Part shown: piece after piece, positions 27,125 through 36,186 of the stretch
How positions within the stretch are numbered: position 1 is the first letter of the stretch
Layout of the letters: each line of letters starts with the position of its first letter
Origin: a virus
Taxonomy: Duplodnaviria; Caudoviricetes
Strand: one strand, 5' to 3'
Virus record (IMG/VR): IMGVR_UViG_3300017780_001544
Coordinates: 2,497-66,496 of that record
Length of the DNA: 64,000 nt
Notes under the pieces: generated by a model
Told to the model about the DNA's origin: nothing
What the model saw: only the letters and a program-made list of their open reading frames with translations
Databases searched by the model: none
Position numbers and translations under genes: made by a program

Positions 27125-27841
27125 CTAGATAAACATCTGGCGCGGAGCGATCCGTAACGGAGCCTTTTCACGGTCTTCGTCAGCAGCCTGTTGCCACGCT
27201 TCGTCGTACATCTGCTTCAGCATCCCTGTGCGCTCCATAGCACCGGGGATTTTCATCGACAGATAATATGCCAATCCTGCTACCATACAAGGGAGGAAGC
27301 GGAACGGGATGTCTTGCGTGTTAACGCCGTCACCCGCATCCTGCATACGACGCAAGCGGTAGTAGAAGAAGGTGTAGTAATTGCTTTGCTCTGGTGCAGG
27401 CCAGATATTAATCTGCGGAGGCTTCACGCCAGTAACCGGATAGTCCGCACCCGACTGCCGGTTAATCCACACTTGGATAGGCCGACCCTGAGCGTTTTTG
27501 TTCGGGATTGTGATGTAAGTGTCGGCGCTGATACGGTTGATATTGATGTCAAGCTGGTTGGAAGACGTACCGGGGTTTGTACGGATAACATGCTCCATCA
27601 GGTCAATCGTATCGACCGGAAGGTCATACACAATCTGCCCCTGCACCAAGGGGATCGAACCCTGCTCGATGGTCCATAGGTTGATGCCTCGGTTAGCCCA
27701 CTCAATCGTCAACAGGTTCAAGCTACGGCGAGCCGTCTTGAGGTCGTAACCCGTACGAAGCTCAGCACCACAGCGCTCGAAAGCCTCTTCGACTAGGTCG
27801 TTGAGGTTCAAGTTGAATGCTGTAGTGCCAGTCGTAGTCAT
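27125..27841 (-). CDS. Head-tail connector/adaptor (P22 gp4 / T7 gp11-like), 238 aa
   Basis: LVEEAFERCG..LRTGYDLKTARRSLNLLTIEWANRGINLWT...FRFLPCMVAGLAYYLS. Confidence 0.75.
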   Translation of the reverse strand: MTTTGTTAFNLNLNDLVEEAFERCGAELRTGYDLKTARRSLNLLTIEWANRGINLWTIEQGSIPLVQGQIVYDLPVDTIDLMEHVIRTNPGTSSNQLDININRISADTYITIPNKNAQGRPIQVWINRQSGADYPVTGVKPPQINIWPAPEQSNYYTFFYYRLRRMQDAGDGVNTQDIPFRFLPCMVAGLAYYLSMKIPGAMERTGMLKQMYDEAWQQAADEDREKAPLRIAPRQMFI

Positions 27842-28071
27842 TACTTTTTCCTAGCCGTCTTTGCTGACTGTACGAAAGCATTTTTGGTAGGCGCACCCTT
27901 TGCACCTACCTTCCGCATTTTCTCACCAGACCCAGCAGCGATGCGCTTTTTCTTGGCGTTGATGTTGGCATATAGACCAACTCCGCCGCCCTTAGCCATC
28001 TTGCCACCGCCGCACATGCCCTTAGGCATTTTGGACTTGCTTATATCGCCCATACCCCGAGACGGGCGCAT
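27841..28071 (-). CDS. Small Lys-rich protein, 76 aa
   Basis: Start MRPSRGMG directly after the upstream stop. MAKGG motif and GLYANINAKKKRI. Confidence 0.6.
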   Translation of the reverse strand: MRPSRGMGDISKSKMPKGMCGGGKMAKGGGVGLYANINAKKKRIAAGSGEKMRKVGAKGAPTKNAFVQSAKTARKK

Positions 28072-28072
28072 G

Positions 28073-28600
28073 TTACTTAGCGCCTGAGCAACGCGTCTTA
28101 CCGCGCATAGCAATACCGTCGATGGAGCCGCCCTTGGCCATCTTGACCATCTTGGTGTTGGTTTTACCCTTGCTCTCGATGCCGCCGCCCTTGGCGTACT
28201 TCTTAGCTTTACCGCCCTTTTTCATGGCAGGAGCGCCACCCATAGGAGCCGCAGGAGCCATAGGTGCGGAAGGAGCGGGAGGCATAGGAGCTTCTGCGCC
28301 GCGAGCAGCAAGAGCGCGACCAATACGGTCTTTCATCATGGCTGCAGCCATCATAGCCTTACCCTTCGCCTTGGCTTTGCCCTTGGCGCTACCGCCCTTG
28401 GCCATACCCATACTGCCCATAGCATCGGAGGTAGGCATCTGCTTAGTTACGCCGCCGCCGGAACCGAACTTTTTCATCTTTTTATCAGCCATTTCAAAAT
28501 CCTTACCCACCGATTGCTTCACGCCAACTTTTTTAGCAAACGAAGGACTGTGGGCGATTGCCCGCATGAACTTGGCCTGCTTGGCTGACGTAGAAGGCAT
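28073..28600 (-). CDS. Lys/Met/Ala-rich basic protein with five xxGG motifs, 175 aa
   Basis: FGSGG, MAKGG (twice), MKKGG, YAKGG, ending DGIAMRGKTR. TAATG coupling to the upstream gene. Confidence 0.65.
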   Translation of the reverse strand: MPSTSAKQAKFMRAIAHSPSFAKKVGVKQSVGKDFEMADKKMKKFGSGGGVTKQMPTSDAMGSMGMAKGGSAKGKAKAKGKAMMAAAMMKDRIGRALAARGAEAPMPPAPSAPMAPAAPMGGAPAMKKGGKAKKYAKGGGIESKGKTNTKMVKMAKGGSIDGIAMRGKTRCSGAK

Positions 28601-28773
28601 TATACCATCATACCTTTAGTTTTACCACGCTGGGCACAACCATCGGCGCGAGACGAAGCGGAACCGCCCTTAGCAAGCTTTGTCATAGGCTTGCCCTTGT
28701 GCATCTTAGCTTCGTGTTTGTGGACAGCAGCCGAGATCATGGCTTTGTCCTGTTTAATATCTTCTTTGTCCAT
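28600..28773 (-). CDS. Small basic protein, 57 aa (MDKEDIKQDKAM...LAKGGSASSRADGCAQRGKTKGMMV)
   Basis: Below the track threshold. AGGAG RBS, C-terminus similar to that of the 175-aa neighbour. Confidence 0.65.
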   Translation of the reverse strand: MDKEDIKQDKAMISAAVHKHEAKMHKGKPMTKLAKGGSASSRADGCAQRGKTKGMMV

Positions 28774-28776
28774 GAC

Positions 28777-29022
28777 CTAACTCCTACCTGCAAAACTATC
28801 GAGCTTTGTTTCTAGGCGCTCGAATGACCTATCGAACCGCTCACCGAGCTTATCGACAATGACGTTCATCTCGGCCCGCGTTACATGCTCACGAGCGACT
28901 TCCTCCCGCGTGCGGTTCAACAAGATACCCAGACGGTTGATCTCATCGAACCTACCCTTAAGCATAAAACCCATGCCTGCGCCGATGGCACTCAAGATGA
29001 TGTTCCATACCATCATCTCCAT
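28777..29022 (-). CDS. Membrane-anchored coiled-coil protein, 81 aa
   Basis: N-terminal TM (VWNIILSAIGAGMGFML), then LLNRTREEVAREHVT...FERLETKLD. Confidence 0.6.
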   Translation of the reverse strand: MEMMVWNIILSAIGAGMGFMLKGRFDEINRLGILLNRTREEVAREHVTRAEMNVIVDKLGERFDRSFERLETKLDSFAGRS

Positions 29023-29023
29023 G

Positions 29024-29278
29024 TTAGCACTTCCAAGCACGGAGGGATTTGTTGATCCGGCTATTTGGATCGTTCGCAGTTTTAGCACTGGTCAGCTTCT
29101 TCTTCATACCCGACATCCGGGCGCAAAATGACTTCTTACGCGAGCCACCTTCCGGCTGTGGAGCCTTCAACCCGGGTTTCCCCGGGTTGGCTTTATTGTA
29201 GGATGCACGACCCTTGGCGTTTAGACCGCCCTTAGGGTTCTTACCTTCTTTACGGGTCCAAGCCGGGGTCTTAGCCAT
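29024..29278 (-). CDS. Basic conserved phage protein (DUF6321-like), 84 aa
   Basis: GGLNAKGRASY...SFCARMSGM...DPNSRINKSLRAWKC. Confidence 0.7.
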   Translation of the reverse strand: MAKTPAWTRKEGKNPKGGLNAKGRASYNKANPGKPGLKAPQPEGGSRKKSFCARMSGMKKKLTSAKTANDPNSRINKSLRAWKC

Positions 29279-31911
29279 TACGCCTGTGCCTCCTTCCAGT
29301 TCAAACGCACACCGTTCAATGTGACGGTAGCGCCGCTGTTGTTCGAAACAACCACATATAGAACGTCTGGGCCGTCAGGGTAGAAGTCCGCTTGCGAGGT
29401 AGGCACCGTGTTAGTGACACCGCCGCCAAGGATCGAGTTACCCAAGTCACGGACGTTGCTAAGATCAATCGAGTTAACACCGCTTGAGTAAAGAGCCGTA
29501 ACCGACTCACCACCTGTGATTGTAGCTGTGGCGCTCGTGTTAACCGCGATCTGCGCCAGTGACGACGTAATCTGACTACCCGTGGCAACGGAACCGAAAG
29601 CACCGGTAAAGCCCGTGCAGAAGCCGTTGAGGATAAGGTTAACAAGTAGGGTACCGGACGAAACCGCAGCCATGTCCGAAAGAACAAGCTGCATACGGTT
29701 GATGATTTCCTTAGCTCCGAAGAGGCCCGTCGTACCGTTATCTACGGAAGGAGCAACACGGATAGCCATGATCGGCACCGTAGTGTTGTTCGTGATCGAA
29801 ACAGGTGCTGCCGTACCATAGTTGAAAACCAGCGACTTATCGTCGTTGAACTGGCCGTCCATGATAACCGATGAACCCCAGTGCGACAGCGAAGCGTTCG
29901 TATCCGGCGAAGCAAACTCAACTTGGACCGGAGCCGTTGCCGAGTAGGTAAACGACTGTGCCGAAACTTGGCCACCCGCTTGCGCACGAGCGACAACTAC
30001 AAAACTAGTAGCGTCCCTTAGGGTATACGTCATGTACTCAACCACACCAGCAGCGCCAGCAGCGTTCACCTTGATCGTACCTGAAGGAGCAAAACCAGCC
30101 GTGCTTGCTACGTTAATTACCGTACCTGCGGCACCTGTGCCTAGGCTAGCAGTTAAGTAGGTGGATGGTGCCGTACCATTAGACTCGTAGCGCGAAGCCA
30201 TGTTACCGGAGCGCATATACGCTTCGTACTGCACGTTGTTGTTAGTCTGCTGGTGGACGTAGGTCACCTGACCCTTACCGGTGCGTAGGCCCCAACGGAT
30301 AAAGCCAGCACCATACCACGAATAGTCGATGTAAAACATCTGCATACGGGTAAGGTCGAGCGTGTAACCGGAAGGACCTGTGCCATCGAGCTTGTCGAGC
30401 CACTGCGACTGCGGCACGCGAGTGTCAACCGTTTTGGAGATAAGGACCCCAGCGCCTGTGGTGTTAATCGAGGTACCCCGGTACTCCGGTGTGATTTCCA
30501 TTGCTGTGTCGCTGGTAATCGTGGACACGCGATAGGACTGGCCACGGATAACGATATAGTCACCCGGCTTCAACTGACTGCTAAACGCTGTACCAGTACC
30601 AACTACAGCAGATGAGCCATTGGTAACCGTAGCTGTACCATTGATCTGAAGAATGCTTTGACGCCACACAGCGTATAGCTGTTGACCATCATACTCAAAG
30701 AACAGGCCGTTCTGAGTATCATAGAAGCCGAGGCGGTTTGACGAACAATACCAAGTGTTCGGGCTAATTCGGATCGGGAAGCCGGTGGCAGGAGTTACAG
30801 TAGGGGCGTAACTAGCCACATAGGTGAATGACGTGGGGCTTGGCACGGAAGCAACTGCCCATGTACCGTTATATTGGAACTGGTCACAGCCAGACACAAG
30901 GACTGTAGCGCCAATAGCCATATTATGGGCGAAACGCGTGTTAACCGTCACAGTCGTACCAGAAGAGGTCACACTCGTAACGAACAGCGCGGGCTTCATC
31001 GCTGTACCCGTCGAGAACTGGATACCCTTACCGGATTGGTAACGGAAGTAACGGCGCGTCTGACGAACAAGCTGCGAGTTCGGGGCTACCGAACCAGCCG
31101 AGAAAGCTACACCACCATCAAACGCACGCGACTCTACATACCCGGCGGGGCGAGCATAGAGCGTGAGGTTGTTTGCGACGTTAGTCAGCGTGCCTGTGGG
31201 GGCTGTATCAACCACAAACGTGAAAGTGTTATTGGTCGGGGTTGTAGCTACAACCCATGCACCGTTGATTGCGCCACCAGCACTCGAAGTCGTGCCGCGC
31301 ACGTAGATCAGCGAACCGGCAGCGAGACCATGCGCAGCCGTAGTAGTGCAAGTGATGGTCGTGCCTACGTACGTAAACGCACTGGTCGAACCGAGCAGGA
31401 TGCCACAGCCGCTGTAAAACACGCCGGTATATGCGTACGTCAGGGCTGGGTTAAAGCAGTTAGTCGCGGAAACAGCGACAGCAGTCGTTACCGTCATGCT
31501 GTTCGTACCGCCAGCAACGGTCCACCACCAACCATTGGCGTTAGGGTCACCAGCGTTCTGGATGTAAACAGGCGTGTTAGCAGCGACTACGAAAGTACCC
31601 GCAATCGTCATCGTACGACCCGAACCAGTGATCGAGGTTATCGTCAGTGGCCGTTGTGGGAGGTAGTACACGCTCTGGCGGTTGTTTTGGAGCGAAAGCG
31701 ACTCCCACTTCGTAGGCTGAGTGCCGTATTCAAAGTCGGTGTCGATAAGTGCCTGCGGCTGCGAAACACGCAGCTTACCGACAGGGTCCTGCGATACAGG
31801 AGCGGCGACCGTGTAAATGGCACCGTTGCTGACGCCCACACCTGAAGAAGCCGTACCACCAACGGGGATCGACTTGTTAGTAATTCCATCAACAGCGGTA
31901 AAGCCAGTCAT
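29278..31911 (-). CDS. Large Thr/Ser/Gly-rich virion structural protein, 877 aa
   Basis: VSQPQALIDTDFEYGTQPTKWE start, four repeated small beta modules (e.g. TITCTTTAAHGLAAGSLIYVRG), lectin-like QMFYIDYSWYGAG segment. Confidence 0.7.
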   Translation of the reverse strand: MTGFTAVDGITNKSIPVGGTASSGVGVSNGAIYTVAAPVSQDPVGKLRVSQPQALIDTDFEYGTQPTKWESLSLQNNRQSVYYLPQRPLTITSITGSGRTMTIAGTFVVAANTPVYIQNAGDPNANGWWWTVAGGTNSMTVTTAVAVSATNCFNPALTYAYTGVFYSGCGILLGSTSAFTYVGTTITCTTTAAHGLAAGSLIYVRGTTSSAGGAINGAWVVATTPTNNTFTFVVDTAPTGTLTNVANNLTLYARPAGYVESRAFDGGVAFSAGSVAPNSQLVRQTRRYFRYQSGKGIQFSTGTAMKPALFVTSVTSSGTTVTVNTRFAHNMAIGATVLVSGCDQFQYNGTWAVASVPSPTSFTYVASYAPTVTPATGFPIRISPNTWYCSSNRLGFYDTQNGLFFEYDGQQLYAVWRQSILQINGTATVTNGSSAVVGTGTAFSSQLKPGDYIVIRGQSYRVSTITSDTAMEITPEYRGTSINTTGAGVLISKTVDTRVPQSQWLDKLDGTGPSGYTLDLTRMQMFYIDYSWYGAGFIRWGLRTGKGQVTYVHQQTNNNVQYEAYMRSGNMASRYESNGTAPSTYLTASLGTGAAGTVINVASTAGFAPSGTIKVNAAGAAGVVEYMTYTLRDATSFVVVARAQAGGQVSAQSFTYSATAPVQVEFASPDTNASLSHWGSSVIMDGQFNDDKSLVFNYGTAAPVSITNNTTVPIMAIRVAPSVDNGTTGLFGAKEIINRMQLVLSDMAAVSSGTLLVNLILNGFCTGFTGAFGSVATGSQITSSLAQIAVNTSATATITGGESVTALYSSGVNSIDLSNVRDLGNSILGGGVTNTVPTSQADFYPDGPDVLYVVVSNNSGATVTLNGVRLNWKEAQA

Positions 31912-32654
31912 TATGCAGCATCCTTTTGTGGGGGGACAATCATCGGGTAGAGGACGTCCTTACCAAATTCACCTTCATACTCTTGCACGCCCATGTGGCC
32001 CAGCTTGATGGTCGGATCGACCCAGACTTCGAAGCCCTGTTCACGAGCGCGGTCACAGAAGAGATAATCTTCCCCGATGTAGCCTTCGTCGGTCTTCATA
32101 AAATCAAACATGCAGGGGACGGTGCGCTCCGAGCGTTCGTCGTAATAACGCCACTCGGGGTGAGCGGCATCGAGGGTCTCAAAGACATCGCGGCGCACCA
32201 TCATGAAGGCGGTAGCTACGCGTTTGGCACGGACAAGGCCCATACCATTCATCGTAAGCTGGCCGCTATCATCATGATCGAGAGTGGCGATGTACGTCTT
32301 GGTAGTGCTACGCGTACGTGGCACACCAGCAACGATACCCTTCTTAGGGTCTGTGGTCCAAGCCATCAGGCGGAAAATGTCGGCAGCTTCAAAGTTGATG
32401 TCACTGTCGATGAACATCAGGTCCGTACATTCGGAGTCCAGCATATCCTGCGTGAGCAGGTTGCGGGCACGGGAGACAACAGAACATCCGCAAATGCTGC
32501 CGATCTGAATATCAACCCCGTGCCGCTGAGCTTCTTGTGCGAACCGGGCCAATGAAATAGCCAACTTCAAGGATACCTTGAAGTCGTAGGCGGGCAGCGC
32601 AATAAATACGCTGCGCCCCGCCAAATCATAACCTTTTTCGTTCTGCGTAGCCAT
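31911..32654 (-). CDS. GT-A fold glycosyltransferase (head module copy), 247 aa
   Basis: IALPAY, SVVSRARN, MFIDSD (DxD), ATAFMMVRRDVF, GEDYLFC, LGHMG. Confidence 0.8.
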   Translation of the reverse strand: MATQNEKGYDLAGRSVFIALPAYDFKVSLKLAISLARFAQEAQRHGVDIQIGSICGCSVVSRARNLLTQDMLDSECTDLMFIDSDINFEAADIFRLMAWTTDPKKGIVAGVPRTRSTTKTYIATLDHDDSGQLTMNGMGLVRAKRVATAFMMVRRDVFETLDAAHPEWRYYDERSERTVPCMFDFMKTDEGYIGEDYLFCDRAREQGFEVWVDPTIKLGHMGVQEYEGEFGKDVLYPMIVPPQKDAA

Positions 32655-32680
32655 AGGACCGGCCTCCTACCAAGTGGCTA

Positions 32681-33046
32681 TTAGTTAGCACCAAATACAA
32701 GGACGCTGTAAGTAGCAGAAACCGGGTCAACCGGAGCCGCCGTGATATTCGAAGCGCGAACTGTGACTACGTTAGTAGCCGAGACAAACGCGTTGAAGAT
32801 GATGCCCGCAGCGGGAGCAGCGGGGAGAGCCAGAGCAACTTCGTCACCAACCACAGCGCCAGTAACCGCAATGGTTAGGTCGGCCTGTGAGGCGGCTGAA
32901 ATCGACGGGAAATCCAGTGCCGCCGCTGCCGTGCGCAACTTTGTGAGCGTAGCACCAGTGGTAATAGCACCCGTGGTGGTGTTGGTCGTGATGATCTGGA
33001 AGCCGTTCTCTGAACGTACTGGACCCGAAAAGGTAGTGTTAGCCAT
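32681..33046 (-). CDS. Putative capsid decoration protein, 121 aa
   Basis: GGAG RBS, MANTTFSGPVRSENGF start, beta-rich. Second gene after the MCP. Confidence 0.6.
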   Translation of the reverse strand: MANTTFSGPVRSENGFQIITTNTTTGAITTGATLTKLRTAAAALDFPSISAASQADLTIAVTGAVVGDEVALALPAAPAAGIIFNAFVSATNVVTVRASNITAAPVDPVSATYSVLVFGAN

Positions 33047-33125
33047 AATAATATCTCCGTGTAGTAGCACATCCCCACACCATCGCTACTACGTCTGCTA
33101 GGACAGTTGATGCAGGGTTATAACC
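33047..33125 (-). ncRNA. Structured RNA element downstream of the capsid gene (Mu-gpT-DE-like motif candidate)
   Basis: 8-bp stem GTAGTAGC/GCTACTAC (33061-33092) abutting the RBS, preceded by ACTGTCCTAGCAGAC. Position matches the described Mu-gpT downstream element. Not tested with a covariance model. Confidence 0.45.
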
Positions 33126-33150
33126 TAGTAGGTGTAAGCATACACCACAT

Positions 33151-33184
33151 AAATAAAAAGGGGAAGAGGTTTCCCTCTTCCCCT
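33151..33184 (-). terminator. Rho-independent terminator after the major capsid gene
   Basis: 11-bp stem AGGGGAAGAGG/CCTCTTCCCCT with GAAA loop on the minus strand, followed by TTTTATTT. Confidence 0.85.
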
Positions 33185-33194
33185 ATTCAAGTTC

Positions 33195-34106
33195 TTACGA
33201 AGAACCCGAAGAACCGAACATACCGAGCGGGTCAGACCAGCCGAACGAATAACGTTCGCGGGCCTTATAACGCACGTTGCCGGTGTCGAAGTCGCCGTCC
33301 ATGCCCGTCGCCATTGGCGTACGAACAAAGTGCTTCAGACCATTTGGCACGTCGGTGGTGAGATACCAGCCGTTCGTGTCGGTCAAGAAGTGGTTGACGG
33401 TGTAGCCTTCTGGGATCGAACCGTTGTTCTTGAGGGCGTTGATGTCGTTATCAGCCGTACCGACACGAAGTTCGGTTTCGAGCAAACGAGTAGCAACGAA
33501 CATCAAGCTCGGAGGAACGACCAGCTTACGCGGCTTCGCAGCGATGAGCAGACCACGCTCGTCGGTCCAAGCAGCAATCTGAATGACTGCAGCTTCAAGC
33601 GACGTTTCGTTAAGGTCAGCCTGCGTCGAAGGCGTGTTCGAGTTGACACCACCGGAAACCAGCGGGTGCGAAGTCGAGAACAGAGCCACGCCATCACCAC
33701 CGGGGTAGGATGCACTGAAGCCGTTGTTCAGAACCGCAGCAGCCTTGGTCTGCTTGGTGTACGACATCGCACGAGCAAGAGCCTTAGTATAACGAGCCGA
33801 GAGGCTGTCATACAGGTTATCTTCGATGGCTTCTTCCGTGAGCGAGAACCCGAGGGCAATCGTTTCATGGGTATAGCGAGCCGTGAAGACTTCCTGACCG
33901 TTGTCGTATGCGATGGCCGAACCTTCGTTCTTAACCGGAGCAGCGGAGAAGCCCGACAGCTTGGTTTCTTCTTCGAACGAACGCTCGGAGGTTTCGGTCT
34001 CAAAGATTTCCTTATGCTCTTCGCCGTAGCGCGAGTACTCCAAACCAAACAAAGCGTTCAGTCCGGGAAGGAGTTCTTTGAGAAGTTGTGCGCGTGAAAT
34101 CGCCAT
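33195..34106 (-). CDS. Major capsid protein (HK97 fold, Mu gpT-like family), 303 aa
   Basis: MAISRAQLLKELLPGLNALFGLEY...KPRKLVVPP...DFDTGNVRYKARERYSFGWSDP. Strong terminator downstream. Confidence 0.93.
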   Translation of the reverse strand: MAISRAQLLKELLPGLNALFGLEYSRYGEEHKEIFETETSERSFEEETKLSGFSAAPVKNEGSAIAYDNGQEVFTARYTHETIALGFSLTEEAIEDNLYDSLSARYTKALARAMSYTKQTKAAAVLNNGFSASYPGGDGVALFSTSHPLVSGGVNSNTPSTQADLNETSLEAAVIQIAAWTDERGLLIAAKPRKLVVPPSLMFVATRLLETELRVGTADNDINALKNNGSIPEGYTVNHFLTDTNGWYLTTDVPNGLKHFVRTPMATGMDGDFDTGNVRYKARERYSFGWSDPLGMFGSSGSS

Positions 34107-34120
34107 GTGTTAGACTCCTC

Positions 34121-34720
34121 TTAGACGCCGGTTGGGTTGAGATAAGGGTGCATACCTTGGTTCCACTTGACGACAACCTCGGTGTAAGAACCGGGGAAGC
34201 CAGCAGGCGAAGTCTCAGGGATGACGTCGATAATGCGAATGGGGAACGTCGAGGTAGTACCCGTGGTGGCGCTAATAGCGACACGCGAGTCACCGTTGGT
34301 GGTGTTACCAGCGTTCTGAACCAAAACAGCATTTTCACCGACGTTTGCACGGGTGACTGTGCCGATTGTGGTACCGCTCGAAACTACGGCAACTTTATAC
34401 AGCGCGTCAGGGTCATCCTGCACGAGTGCAACGATGTCTGAAGCAACAGTGTTAGCTGTGTAGAACTGGCGGAACGTCTTACCATAGGTTGGGTCGGTGT
34501 ACGAGCAACCAAGGAAAACGCCGACAGGGGTAGCCGAGTTCGTACCAGTGTCCTTATCGAGCGTTCCCGACGAGTTCAGCTTTACGACGTCACCAAAGAA
34601 GATGGACGTTGCAGAACCAGAACCGATAGGGATCGAACGAGTAGCACTAGCAAAAACCTGACCGCCGATCAAATTGATCGGAATGAGACCATAAGGTCCC
34701 GAAACAGTAGGGTATGGCAT
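34121..34720 (-). CDS. Capsid-associated (cement/minor capsid) protein, 199 aa
   Basis: PYGLIPINLIGG...IFFGDVVKL...GVFLGCSYTDP...DDPDALYKV. Directly upstream of the MCP. Confidence 0.7.
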   Translation of the reverse strand: MPYPTVSGPYGLIPINLIGGQVFASATRSIPIGSGSATSIFFGDVVKLNSSGTLDKDTGTNSATPVGVFLGCSYTDPTYGKTFRQFYTANTVASDIVALVQDDPDALYKVAVVSSGTTIGTVTRANVGENAVLVQNAGNTTNGDSRVAISATTGTTSTFPIRIIDVIPETSPAGFPGSYTEVVVKWNQGMHPYLNPTGV

Positions 34721-34738
34721 GTTTCTAAACTCCTAAGA

Positions 34739-35218
34739 TTATCTGCCTGAGCCAAACGATGTCTTAGATTTACGTTCTGTGAAGAGCGGCATCCTCGGAT
34801 CGTTCTCTCGCATGAAGTTGTTGTCCACGGACTCATTCTGAGCTTGGGTCTTTTCCTCGAAATGCTTTCGACGTTGGGCCATAAACTCTTCTGGTACCTT
34901 GCACAGCAACAAACCTGCGACTTCGATGTTGTCTTTGAAGCGACTGTCCGGGTCCACCATGAACTTAAACTGCGGTTGCTCCTCAATACTTACCGGCTCC
35001 CAACCTTCGCGGAAAGCGGCAGAGATATTGCGGGCATCGTTCACACCGAGCGTGGAAACACGAACCCAACGGTACGTATATCCGGGCTGCTTGTCCGGTT
35101 CGGGCAGCGTTGAAGCTGGTTGCCAAACCTTCTTGCGCTCTTCTTGTTCACGACTTTGACGGGGCGCACGCGCCACATCGACCTCATTCAGTTCTTCCAT
35201 AAGCTTATTCTGTACCAT
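34739..35218 (-). CDS. Conserved head-module protein, 159 aa
   Basis: WQPASTLPEP...YRWVRVS...REGWEPV...GLLLCKVPEE...DNNFMRENDPRMP. Confidence 0.7.
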   Translation of the reverse strand: MVQNKLMEELNEVDVARAPRQSREQEERKKVWQPASTLPEPDKQPGYTYRWVRVSTLGVNDARNISAAFREGWEPVSIEEQPQFKFMVDPDSRFKDNIEVAGLLLCKVPEEFMAQRRKHFEEKTQAQNESVDNNFMRENDPRMPLFTERKSKTSFGSGR

Positions 35219-35220
35219 GA

Positions 35221-36156
35221 TTAACGCTCCATCTTCATGACTTCCCGGGCATACTGCTCGGGGGTAAGGCCCAATTTCTTAGCAATCGTAAGCTGGGACT
35301 GTTTCAACACGATCTTCTTGGCGGATGTGCTGCGCGAAGCGGGTGCAACCACAGTTGCAGATTTGGGCTTCGGGGTGTCCGAAACTTGCTTCTCTGACTC
35401 CCCAAAATATTCGGGGAAGCGCCGACTCATCGTTTTGTCAATGGTCTGCCAGTATTCGTCGGTGCCCACAAACTGTGAACCTCGTTCTCTCTCCAGCTTC
35501 TGGTGAAGCCCAAGAGCAGAGGCCGTCATTTCCGGGTCGGTTCCCCACCACGTATTGCGCTCTTGCCACGCAGTCGTCTTGGGGTCCACTTGAGGAATTT
35601 GGACCTGCTGTTGGGGTGTTTGTACCCCTTCTTCTACAGCTTGTAAAGTAGGTCTATACCCGGCAAGCTGTTGGAGCTTATATTGCACATTTGTAAGCTT
35701 TTCCTGCGCTTCGATAACGCGCTCGGAGTCGCCTGCTTCATACGCATCTTTGTATGCACGACGAGCTTCTTGAAGCTCAAGTTCTGCTGACTGCTTGAAG
35801 CTACCAACAAGGGTCTGTTCGCCCTCAGAGAGCGTAGCTTTCAGCTTACGGTTCTCTTCGAGCGCCGCACGAGCAGCAGCTAAAGCTTCGTTGTTCTCAC
35901 GCTGATACCGCTCTTTCTCGCGGCGTTCATCGTGCCAAACCTTCTTCATCTGCTTCAGGCGGACTTTGACCTTCTCGGAATACTCTTCGAGTTCGTCGGC
36001 TTCGAGTTCGTCAACGATTTCCTTCGGCATCGGCTCACGGCCTCGGTCGGCCTCCGGGGTATCGTCTTCGACCTCAATACTTGGTTTCGCGGAACCACCT
36101 TCCGCAAACTCCTCTTCGATTTCAAAATCGAAGTCATCATCAGGCTGCGTAGCCAT
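35221..36156 (-). CDS. Capsid scaffolding protein, 311 aa
   Basis: Acidic N-terminus, long coiled coil, C-terminal LTQSQ-like basic tip (LKQSQLTIAKKLGLTPEQYA). Lies between portal and MCP. Confidence 0.75.
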   Translation of the reverse strand: MATQPDDDFDFEIEEEFAEGGSAKPSIEVEDDTPEADRGREPMPKEIVDELEADELEEYSEKVKVRLKQMKKVWHDERREKERYQRENNEALAAARAALEENRKLKATLSEGEQTLVGSFKQSAELELQEARRAYKDAYEAGDSERVIEAQEKLTNVQYKLQQLAGYRPTLQAVEEGVQTPQQQVQIPQVDPKTTAWQERNTWWGTDPEMTASALGLHQKLERERGSQFVGTDEYWQTIDKTMSRRFPEYFGESEKQVSDTPKPKSATVVAPASRSTSAKKIVLKQSQLTIAKKLGLTPEQYAREVMKMER

Positions 36157-36186
36157 ATTACTTCTCCTATGTACGGTTACCCGTTT

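Noticed and set aside
34443-34455. GCAACAGTGTTAG, a near-match to the 13-bp palindrome in a late gene
   Set aside because: Two mismatches break the symmetry and it is isolated, so it is compatible with chance.
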